The notes beneath the pieces were generated by a model. The model had not been told where the DNA came from. It saw only the letters and a program-made list of their open reading frames with translations, and did not search any database. Shown one piece after another: positions 52,967 to 64,000 of a DNA stretch of 64,000 bases. The position numbers and the translations under genes were made by a program. The stretch comes from Chrysomallon squamiferum (Eukaryota; Animalia; Mollusca). Location of the stretch: positions 7,998,001-8,062,000 of the forward strand of contig CM022678.1 in NCBI GenBank assembly GCA_012295275.1, read 5' to 3'. Numbering within the stretch: position 1 is the first letter of the stretch; every line of letters begins with the position of its first letter.

Positions 52967-55900
52967 TATTTAATATATTATATATTTAAACAATATTTAT
53001 CTGGAAAACGAAATCAATTTGATTTCGAAGCCTTCATAATTTTCTTCTTCTTTTTCTTCTTCTTCTTCTTCTTCTTCTACTTCTTCTTCTTCTTCTTATT
53101 ATTATCACTACTACAAGTACTATTACTACTTTTATTATTCAGTTCCATCGTCGAAGAAAATTATATTTGTGTCATCCAGTTCTAACTGGTCTTAACAAAT
53201 CTTACGATCCAGTTTCGTAAATTTCTTTCTTATTAGCCAAGCAGCATTTGTAACGTGTTGCTTCGTTTGCATCTTTTATAATAATATATATCAATACATT
53301 ATCCATGTATCAAAGTAATATTTCATAGGAACTTTATACGCTTATTAAATTTAGCTCTTTCGCGAACGTGATTAAACAAACTGAAAGTAAATATGACTAA
53401 TTTTCGTGCAGTTAGAAAAACTCGTCCACTCATCTCTGTGTATGAATTGGTTTCTTATCGTGATGCCGTTTTAGGGGCTAATAATAATAACAACAACAAC
53501 AATTTATCTATTTAGTAGACATGATAAATCAAATAGTAACCACGCATTTGTAATTTTCGTGGAAATAGAAAAATAAAGTGTACATTCGTTCAGCGAATTT
53601 ATTTCGTTTGTGTAGCTAGACACTGGATGAATGAATGTGATATCAAATACAAACTATGTTAAATACATAAGCTATATATTCGGATCAATGAACACATTTT
53701 GAAATACCATGTCTATTTTGTGAACTCGCTATCAAGGAAAAAACAATGTTTATATATATATAAATATATATATATGTTACGTCTCCATTTATTTTAATAA
53801 TAACAATACAACAAGAACAACACAATAATAATAATATCGAAAAATAAATTAAACTGCTTCGGTTCCTATAGTTGCTATCAGTGTCACTCGGATGAAATCA
53901 TCCTAACCAATGTACAACTCACATCTCTACTTTTTAATCTAATAACACTAGGACTCACAGGAGTTCTACGTGTTGATAACTTTTATCAGCTACAAATATC
54001 ACAACTATCAGCCGATATATAACAGTACAGAAGCAGAAACGGGTGTGTGAAGTTATGTCTTTCAAACATACAAGTTATATGGCGAGTAAAGAGACCCGGA
54101 TGATGTAAGAACTATTTGTAGAGCTGTTTGTAGTGAAATCGTTCCTTTTTCTGTTAGTATTAATTTGAGGAATCACAGCTGTATAGTGTTTGGGTCAGAG
54201 AATAATCAACGAAATGACCTGCCTCAAAATTTAAAATTTAACTGTACAAAAATAAAATAGTGAATAAAACACAATAATTAAAAAAAAAAAAAAAAAAAAA
54301 TAAAAAATCTTTGTGTTATCTTTATATAGTCTAATTTTTATTAGGCCATCAAAACTTTGCCAAAGATTTACATGTTTTGCCGTTTTTGAAGTTAATTTGT
54401 TATGTTATTTGCTTCCTGGTTATTTGTCTATTACACTTCCTTGTAGTAATAATTTCATTTATCAGTTAACTATACCTGAATCATAATTTAATGGACAAGT
54501 AATGAATGGTATTAGTTAAATATAAAGTACATGATCAAATACAAAATTTAAAGCTATCTTGACATTTTTATTATCTTCGTAGTTTAGTATTAATTTTCGC
54601 GAAAGTAATTAAACAAAGAGAAAGTACACAAGAGTAATTTTCTTGCAATTAGAGAAATATTCGGATCAACGAAAACATCTTGAAATATCATGTCTTCTGA
54701 ACTCGCTTTGTAGAAAGGAAAAGAAAAATGATTCCATTCTTATATTGGAAAATAAGTGAATTAAAAACATTTGCTGTAGCAGAAGAATAGGAAAACTATG
54801 GAGAAATTTGTTTTCTCTTCAATCATCAAAACAAATTACGGCAACATTGTTTGACTCTTGGTTGCAGAATGAAATAAAATCTGTTTGTAATTCAAAGAAA
54901 GTTTTTTTATTTCTGACGTTAGAATGTTTAAAAGTGTAAAAAAAAATTAAAATTAGACATAAATCATGGTTTGACTACAGATTTTACAACCAAAGGAACA
55001 ATGATTCTTAACAATTTTAATTTTCTAGTATTTCTATCGTGCCCAGTCAAGAAGAGATCAACAAGAACTCCGGTAGCGACAATAACATCCTCAGGTGTGA
55101 TTACATTTTGTCCATCCACATCATCATGGCTGAACCATGTTATCTTGTCTGCAGAACAGAATAGTGTAATGGAATAACGTGTTAAACTATTGCAGATATG
55201 ATATCCAAGAACAGTAACTCCATATTGTTTAATGGTGCTCTGACTGTTAGCAGACGGCAAATGATGTGAACTGTTAATTTTTTCATTTGAAACCATATGA
55301 TTGAACAGTATCACTGGCTTAGACATATGAGTGTGGTATGTTACTCTATGTTTGTATACACAAAACAAAGAACTACGATTATATTTTTGCAGTGTTTGGA
55401 AGAAATCCTTTGAGACATGATACTTTCGTTGGTGATAGTTACCACTGTTGTAGAATTATATGTATCCATGAGTTCTAAAACTGAGTTGCATGTACTTCCA
55501 GACAGATATATTAATTACACGAGATACTAATGACTGTATTAAGAATTTGATTGTTAGTTTTTTGTTTACTCAACACCAATTTTGTAATAACATTCGTCAT
55601 CAAGTATCTAGTCATTTGAGTTATTTCATACACACAGTGTACACAAACATGTACATACACATTAAGATATTTTGTTTCTTCCAGATTTTACTACTTGAAT
55701 TACATTTATTTATTAAATGTTTGAGTGATTTTCATGTTTTCTCAACATCAAAAATAATAATAGAGGTTTTTTTCTACATTGAGTGCTTTACCAATTTCTT
55801 TTTTAAACTGAAATAAGTTATTGTTAAAATGTTGTACAGGGACGAGTCAGTTAGTTATAATAATTAATTCATATCATTACATGTTGATATTTCATACATT

Positions 55901-58900
55901 TTAAAACAAATTATTTACTTGATTATTTGCTGATTATTTCTCGTTATAGTTAAATTATGTGGTAACTTTTGCCGAGTTTCGTATGAACTCCTGAATGTTT
56001 ATGATTTACCTTGTATTCTTGATGACATTAGTGTTGTGGTATACATATTTAAAACAACAATGCTGCTAGATCTTACAATTTGCTGATTTATTATTTTTTA
56101 CATGGGGATTAATTATTTTCTTGTGCTGTTTTGGTATTTAAAGTCACTATGGATTTTACTGTCAAACTGAACCACAGGAATTACTCTATTTATCTTTTGC
56201 TGAATGTACTGTTAAATTTTACTGACATATACATTTCTTTTCTTTTGCTGATTTTACTGTGAAATAGATAAAAAAACATATTTATATTTTTTCTGATTTT
56301 ATTGTCAACTTGATAAAATGGTGTTAATTTGTACTATATTACAGTTTTGTTGATATTTACTATAAGACTGAAAGTGCTATTAATTTTTATTACATTAAAT
56401 TTTTGGTTTTGCTGTCAGATTGATAAAATGCTTCTATTCTGTTTACTTTTAGCTGACTCTACTGTTAAAACGGTTTAGTAATAAATTTACTGCCTTAAAG
56501 TCTTTTTTCCTGTTTTGCTTTTTCTCTGGTGTTGGTTAACAGATTGTATCATGCACGAATAAATAAATATTTGTTTAACAACCATGCGACAGATAAACTA
56601 CTAATGTGTTAATGTTCTTTATGAGCGTCTTTTTGAACACAGTGGGACTGAAGATTGATCCCACAGCTAGTAGCATCTCAGTCCAACAATATAGTCTGTT
56701 AGTGATAAAAGAGAAGAAACCTGATTACTTAGTTCTAAACAAGTGTTTCTATATTGACACATGCTGTTATAGCTTTTTATAAACATCTGCTGGGTATGTG
56801 GTTGGAACAGGAAAGAAAACGGCAGGTGCTGGAAGGACAATTGAAAATGTATACATGTATAATTTATTTTTACCTGGTTTAACCAACAACACAGGTAATC
56901 TAGAGCTACCAACTATAAACAGATAAAGAAACACTTTATAAAATGACTAAGTCTATTATTCTTGTACATTTCCATTTTACAGAATATATCTTTTGTCCTT
57001 TTAATACATTATGATTATCTTGTCAATACAGAAATTAGTTGAAACTGCGTAGATTTTGCTTGCTCACATTAACCATGTACAACCATATTCCAATTTCTCA
57101 GAAAGTTATGATTAAAAATCTTGTAAAATATCAAAAATGATTTGTGAAAAAGTTGTTATAAAATTAATTACATTTTTGCAAAATTAAAAACTCTAGTTTA
57201 AAAGTATAATAAATAAATAATATTAACAATTCTATATGTTACTCACATATAAATATTTCCTTACTGTATTGACAAGACAATGTATTAAAAGAAGCACAAT
57301 TTATAAGAAAAAAAAAAAAAAAAATTCTGAGGTTAGAATTTTGTTAGAGTATAAACAGATAATCTTCAAGACATGATCTCTAAATTGTAGGAAAGACAAA
57401 TAGAAAATTTTCAAAGATCAACCCATACATAACAGACTGTTTGTTTCTGTGTTGATCACCCCACTTTTCTCAATCAGTTCAGTAACCACAGCAAACAATC
57501 CCAGTTTGAATACTGCATAGTTCACAAGTTTTCAGGTAAATGTGTTATTCAGAAAATGATACCTGAGAAAACAATAAGTAATAGGAACAAAATCCTGCAG
57601 ATAATATGATAATAACATATATTTGTGAGCTGTGATCATTAGAATATAGGCAGACAGAAGAAATGTTTGTTAAAATTTCAAAAACAGGGAGGGTTATATC
57701 TTGTAAACTACTTGTGTGGTCATGCTAAAACTGGAAATATCAGCTTCTTCTATGCCAGTTATTTTTACTACCCTAACTTCAGATCTTAAATAACAGAATC
57801 GTATCTTGAAGATTATTAAATTCCAGAAATAAATTGTTAGTAATGCAATGAAAACTATTTACAAACATAAGAAAATTTTAAAATGTAAAACAAAAATTAA
57901 TAAATAAATAAATAAACTTTACTAGACCAATTGAAAAAAAAGAAAAGAAAAAAAAAACATTATGGAAAAAAATTTATAAATCTTAAACTTACAGTAGAGA
58001 AAAATATTTGAATGTTTTCAATAAAGACATCAGTAAATATCCAAAAATGAATTAAAAAAAAAAAATTATAAACAAAATATAAAAAAAAAAAAAAAAAAAA
58101 AAAACAAATTACAAAAACCTAGATAAGAAATGTAACAGAAAAAAATGCAACCTACTGCACAATAATGATAAAAAATTACACACACACTCTTGTATCAAAG
58201 TTTTACAAATCAGAAATAACTTTTAACAAGACAAAAAATGATAAATAAAATAAGTACAAAAAAAGGAAGAACTTATATTATCATCAGAATAAACAAATGT
58301 TATACCTTTCTGAATTTATTTTAACATTAAATGCCAATTTTGAGTTTGTTAATCCCAGTGTTTCTTAGTTTAAAATAAGTGTTTTCTGAATTATGTAATT
58401 CACTACATAGAATATAAACTACATAGAATATAAAATGATGAATAGAAACAAATTTAGCAAAGATGCACTACTGAGGTTTCGTCACAATAAAAAAAAACTT
58501 TTTCAGCAGTTTGAACATATGTTAAATACAGAATCTGTATCACTTTACTAAGAACAATAACAAAAAAAACCTTCAAAAAAATAAAAAAAGCAACAATTAC
58601 AATAATAGATAAACCATAGTAATTAATAACATGTTCAATCCAAGCCCCACACTGCTGAATCATTAAAGTTGTTGACATATCTCTTGGAATTCTCCTAATT
58701 TCTCACCTGATGTTTTCCACAGAACTCCGTAAAATCCCAACTTCTTGTGGACCTCCACTGCAACTGTTCCAAATGAGTCCTAATGTCCTGCTACACCCAA
58801 CCATTCACCTGAAAATGGAAATAAAACATTAATTTCTCTGGAAAAATAAAAGTCTTTAAAATTAAACTGCTTTTTCTGGACTGCCCTGTAAAATAAATCA

Positions 58901-59190
58901 GATTGTTGAAATGAAAAAAAAAAAAATCTTGATAATAAACTCATAGCAGAGAAAAATGTTTAAATTTTCTCATATCTAAAAACCAATAAAATTAAAATTT
59001 GAGAAAAATTACACAATTTTTATTTACCACTGAAAATTTTCTTTATATATATATATATATGTAATAGCTTCAATAATAACAAATATAATTAAAAAAAATT
59101 AAAACTCATGCTAGTCTCTCTAACACACACACACACACACACAAACACACAGAGTTTCTGTATTTTGGTAGTTAAGTTTAGTCAGAATTT

Positions 59191-60925
59191 TTAAATAAAA
59201 AAATGGTTCAAACCATCAGGGTCTCCATCAGCTAAATACTTCTTAACATAGACAACAAGCTTTTTGCAACATGCTTCCATGAATCTATTTTTGCCGATAC
59301 GCTCCCATGTAAGTGCTGTAAATAATAATGATGATGATAATAATAATAATAATAATGAAACAATAAAAATTAAAAATAAATAGAATGAAAGAATATGCAA
59401 GTATGTAGGTTGACAGAAATTATTATGAAAATAGTTCAAATAAGAATATTTTATTTAACATTAAAAACATTTTGTATTTACAAGCATATACTGTGATTTG
59501 CAATTCTTTTTTACATTGATTATCTTGCACTCCTTACATTTTGAACTAGCATTAAAAATTTCATACAGCCATAATTAATTAGCCAATAAATAAAACTATA
59601 CCTATAACAAAATCTATTATCTGCTGTTGAATATAACATGGTAAAAACGAAACATATATAGTAGTATTTGTATGTACATTTGATCTATATTGTTTCTGGA
59701 TAGCATAAGCAGAAGAGCGATTATTAAAAAGAATAAATCAATTTGTAATAATAATAATAATGTATTTGTTCTCACCTTTGTCTAAATATTCCATGTGAAG
59801 ATAGAATTTTTTCAGGCTCCTTCTAAATAGAAATAATTGGGGAAAGACAAAGGAATCGTTCAGATCGGACAGACATTTTACTTCATTTAGGTTATTAACT
59901 GCCACCTGAAATTAACAAATGAAAATCACTGTCTGAATAAATGGATGGATATTAAAACAGGAATAAATGAAGAGAATAGACAAATAAAGGGATGAATATG
60001 AATAAAATGATTAATATTAAAGGAGGAACAAATGAATAAAGAAATGAATAAAATAATAACTGATCAACAAAATCACCATTCCACAAATATTACTAGGTGG
60101 TATGTTTAAGCATTTCCTATAAAAGTCAAAGTTCAGAAGAGGAAATTCAATGAAAGGACTATATTAATAAATAATAGAAACTTTTCTATACATCTTTCAA
60201 TTGACTAACCAATAAAAATTAAATGTTTTATTTATTTACAGTAACTCACCATCTTCATAGCATGTCTTTTTCTAGTGCGAATATCTTTAACTTCAAAAAC
60301 AGTAGCAGTTGTTCCACTATAACCAACAGGTCTAATCAGTTTAAATTGTTCATCTTGCTCATAGTTTCCATTTTCCAGAGTTACCTGTAAAAACAATGAC
60401 ATCATATTCACTATTCCATTTTAACTGTACATATTCAGCCAATTTTCTTATAAACAGATGTCAGATATTAAATAACAAGATATTTATTCCACTGTACATG
60501 TAATTTTCTCTAACCATCAAAAACATCATCAGTGCTGATATGATATTTTTGAAAAAACAATGACATCAAATGATCAATCTTATATTTATTATTTTCAGTT
60601 TTCTTATAAATGGACTTTAGATATCAAGTAGTAACATATTTCTAGGTTTTACATGTAATTTAAATTATACATACTCGTGTAATTCTTTCTCACTCACTCT
60701 TTCATACACAAACAAGCAGACAAACACACAGCCTCACTCACAAACATTATATCTCATTAATTATGAAAGAAATTTAAGATAGAAAATTATTTTTATGGTT
60801 ACCATTGAATCGTTAAGAACAACACAAGCAGCAGAACAGTTTTTCTTGAAGTCCAATATCGACATTATCCTCTTTTGCAGAACTTCATCTGAACTGAGTT
60901 GCTTTACAAAGCAGGGTCTTGGCAT
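59191..60925 (-). CDS. Truncated N-lobe-only kinase paralog, copy E (~170 aa); could be a pseudogene
   Basis: In-frame exons 60925-60803 (MPRPCF..CVVLNDSM), 60384-60250 (VTLENGNY..VGYSGTTATVFEVKDIRTRKRHAMKM), 59905-59776 (NLNEVKC..LHMEYL), 59315-59214 (..YLADGDPDG; read-through stop at 59191). No DFG exon downstream. Confidence 0.55.
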
Positions 60926-62089
60926 TGTGCTCAAACTAAAAAATAAAACAAACAACAAATTCTTGTTCAACAGGTGGTCATATATCCACAAACCAACTTA
61001 AGCTGTTCCTTCGTGTATTGTGATAATCTGTAAATAAAATTATCTAAATATGAAAACTGACAAACATGAACGATTTATTTAAACAATGTTTTTAATGTAG
61101 AACTTGAAATGTTTCAATAAGCAATCTAAAATGCTAAACTGTCTTTTTCTTGTTGTATTTTTTTTTAACAAAAATACATAACTGTATATATACATATATA
61201 ATAATATATGGAGAATAGAAAAATAAGCACCACTGCTTCCTATTCTGTAAAGGTCAGATTATGTAATTTTTTAAAGTAATTAGTGGTAAGTGCTAGCAAG
61301 ATAGATTAAGATGACTACTGGGTGATCTTGTTAGCACTGGGGTTTGTATGGTCAGCTGCCATTTATTTTTAATATGCTAGCACACAATTTATTAAATGTC
61401 TTTGCATAACTTTAAGTAACAGTGGTTACAATGTATAATAATTTAATGGGGTCTGCGTTAGTTTTCACATGGAAATTTAAAAGTAAACACAGCTGATACA
61501 TGTTACTTTTGTTCAGGTGGCGACACTGGTTGTGTGGGGTAAGTGTTACTGACATCATTACTTACTGCATATGTTTAATATTTATTTGTAATTGTTAATT
61601 AACATATGTGGTAGAAATTATTACAGATAGATTAGCAGGGTATTACTATCAGTATTGGTACATCAGGTGTTTATAATTATTTTCTTTTATTCAAAACATC
61701 AGGGTTTTTAATTTTTCAGAACTGTGATTTGTTTTATGAACCTGGTCAGTTTGTCCTCCTTGGAGATGCCAGAGTTACCATGTGGTATATCAGGAATTAA
61801 CTAATATTAAAACCTTTGAATTGGAAACTCCGTCTTGTTTGTTATTCCATTAGACAGTGATATATATAATAATGTGTCTGTGTATATATTATAATTATAA
61901 TTTATACCAACCTATCGGATAATCACAAGATCTGCCTGCCTTGCTCCCCATTACATATATATATATATTTATATATATTAAGTTGTCTCAGTAATAATAA
62001 GAAAAACATTGTTATTTCAAAACAACGCGATTGTAGCTATTCTCAATATTATATTTGGCGACACCAGTATCTGAGTATGGCGAGGAAAC

Positions 62090-62120
<31 letters not shown>

Positions 62121-62369
62121 ATAAAATAATAAGTATTTAAAACTATTTTCTTACCTTTTGAATAGGTAAAATTATGTTACGTTAACTGTATTATATTATA
62201 TAGTACTTTTCTGTTGTTGTTCTTATTTAAATATATAAATAAATAAATGTTTCACCTTCTCTATCTTCTAAGTCGTCGTTATATATCATGTAATCATTCT
62301 ATCTTCCGCTTTCTGTAAGATTACCAGTCCAATATTCCTCTATTAAACATATTGCTATTGTAGGTTTAA

Positions 62370-62570
62370 AATAAATTTACAAAACTTCTATTGACGTGTC
62401 CCATACATTTAAGGGTGAGTGATGATAAAAACATACACAAACGTATTAAAAACAAATACAATTTTAAAATATTTATTACAAGTCAACAAACGAAAGCTTG
62501 AATAAAACTATTAAAAATAGAGACTTTCGCATTCACTTTATGGCTGAAAGAATAAATGAATGAATATTTA
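62370..62570 (-). repeat. Inverted, diverged copy of a dispersed repeat also found at ~6580-6800 and ~34860-35080
   Basis: tttaagggtgagtgatgataaaaacatacac...aataaatgaatgaatatttaa is the reverse complement of ttaaacattcattcatttatt...gtgtatgtttttattatcattcacccttaaa. Confidence 0.55.
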
Positions 62571-63317
62571 AAGACAAAACAGCAGCACAAAAAAAAAACA
62601 ACAACCTAAAGGTAAGATAATGATATAGTGATATGCATGGAATAAAAAAATTGGTTAAAACACACGTAAAGAGTTGTGAACAATACAGATTAATATTATT
62701 AATATTACTATATTATGTAGAAAATACTTACCTTTCATAACAGCGACATTTTGTTATTATTCATGCTGTGGTGTATGGATAATTATTTTTAATTCATTTA
62801 ACACGTTAAATGTATTGGCTGATAGTAGTATTGGTACTAACACGTCAGAAACATCAGGTAGTATTTTGTAAAACCTTGGCTGAGGAAAGTATCAGCAGTC
62901 ACCCATTCACCCTGCTTTTTCTTTCTATAAGGAATCACATAACTATTAAGTTACAATTAACAATTAAAAACATTTTTTTTTTTCTTAGTTTCATTCATCA
63001 GAGATTTTTTTTTTTTTTTTTCTTCTTTTTCTTCAGTCATCTCAGTTTTTAATATTTGTCAGAAGATTTATATTATTATTTTTCCTCCTTTTAATAAAAT
63101 TTTGTATCTTTTAGTTTCTTCTTATTCTACCACCATTTTGTATAATATATAACTGAAAAAAATGCTAAAATGTGTATGAAATAAAGTGACAATATGTAGA
63201 AAAAAAAATTGAAAAAAATCAGAAGAAGCAAAAAGATTTTAATATTTATAGTGCACATACCATTTATAATGAAACAACAAAATGTTTTGATGTAAATAAA
63301 AATGTATTAAAATCAGA

Positions 63318-63722
63318 TTAAAAACATTGTTTCACACAATGCAGCAACCATGTAAGAAGATTTTCATTTTCTGAAGATGATGAATTTTTAATTTGTTCTT
63401 CAATTTGCTGTAAAACTGGAACAATGACATCAACGTCGTATCGCAAACCAGTTAATTTTAAAGAAATATCATTGATCTCGGGTAAAAATATTTTTAGTTT
63501 TTCATTCCCGCTCTCTAGATCAAAGCAAACATTTTCTATCTTTCCTTTACTGATCATTAAATCTATTTTCAAACTGTGACCAGAATGACTTGAAAAATGT
63601 TTAAAAACTGAAAATTTTGGACTATTTCCATACACCCACTCCCAAGATTTCAGATTTTTCACATTTTTGTCCAGGCCAGGAAATAATTCTTCTGTTGGCT
63701 TAATATAGTTTATGGTGCTCTC
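63318..63722 (-). CDS. LIPT1: Lipoyltransferase 1, mitochondrial; last coding exon (upstream exons lie beyond the window)
   Basis: Acceptor ttttgcag at 63725-63723. ESTINYIKPTEELFPGLDKNVKNLKSWEWVYGNSPKFSV matches the LIPT1/LplA C-terminal signature (human ..INPTDETLFPGI..ELQTWEWIYGKTPKF, recalled). Stop at 63318. Confidence 0.88.
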   Translation of the reverse strand, partial: ESTINYIKPTEELFPGLDKNVKNLKSWEWVYGNSPKFSVFKHFSSHSGHSLKIDLMISKGKIENVCFDLESGNEKLKIFLPEINDISLKLTGLRYDVDVIVPVLQQIEEQIKNSSSSENENLLTWLLHCVKQCF

Positions 63723-64000
63723 CTGCAAAAAAATATTTTTAAAAATTAAAATAAAAACAGTGTCTTTTTTATTTGTAAGTTTGCCTTATAAAATAAAATT
63801 TATTAATATTATTAGATTCTGACTGCACATTTGATAACATGCTAAAAAGTCTGTTGCATTTGTTCATGACAACATATGGAGTTAAGTTTTATATATTATA
63901 TTTGCTGATAATAATAATAAACTTTGTTGCAATAATATATATATATGTTGTAGATTTAAAATTTTGTATAAAAACTCTTTAAGAATTTTTAGACCAGATT

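Larger units (their letters stand above)
49220..54240 (+). repeat. Diverged local tandem duplication (~49830-51040 versus ~51440-54030; ~49220-49510 versus ~53960-54240)
   Basis: Shared strings atacgtgcacgccaggatatag, cagttccatc.tcgaagaaaattatat and cacagctgt.tagtgtttggg.cagagaataatcaacgaaa each occur twice. Confidence 0.75.

Noticed and set aside
61289-61338. 14-bp inverted repeat (agtgctagcaagat / atcttgttagcact)
   Set aside because: Too short to call an ncRNA or element end without a search.

Overview
AT-rich, intron-containing animal genomic DNA (an invertebrate; a mollusc-like genome is only a guess), with a 200-nt assembly gap at 23932-24131. The ORF track is mostly microsatellite noise because the genes are spliced. 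Manual GT-AG exon assembly shows a minus-strand head-to-tail array of five paralogous protein-kinase genes, labelled A (1-5073), C (11521-23204), B (26756-33364), D (41196-46884) and E (59191-60925). Their pre-kinase and N-lobe segments resemble the NIK (MAP3K14)/Tpl2-Cot (MAP3K8) family, but they have an HxDLHxxN catalytic loop and a short activation segment with no APE. The copies differ sharply. B is intact. A is a near-identical copy of B with a 2-bp frameshift. C is multiply frameshifted and carries tandemly amplified N- and C-terminal exons. D is an intact ORF that has lost the Gly-rich loop and has DFE for DFG. E is an open but N-lobe-only copy. The array lies just downstream of the last exon of LIPT1 (63318-63722). 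The window also holds a decayed DD34E Tc1 element with a paralogous empty site, two mariner-type non-autonomous elements, a probable solo LTR, a shared intergenic spacer and many microsatellites. Family assignments come from remembered sequences, not database searches.
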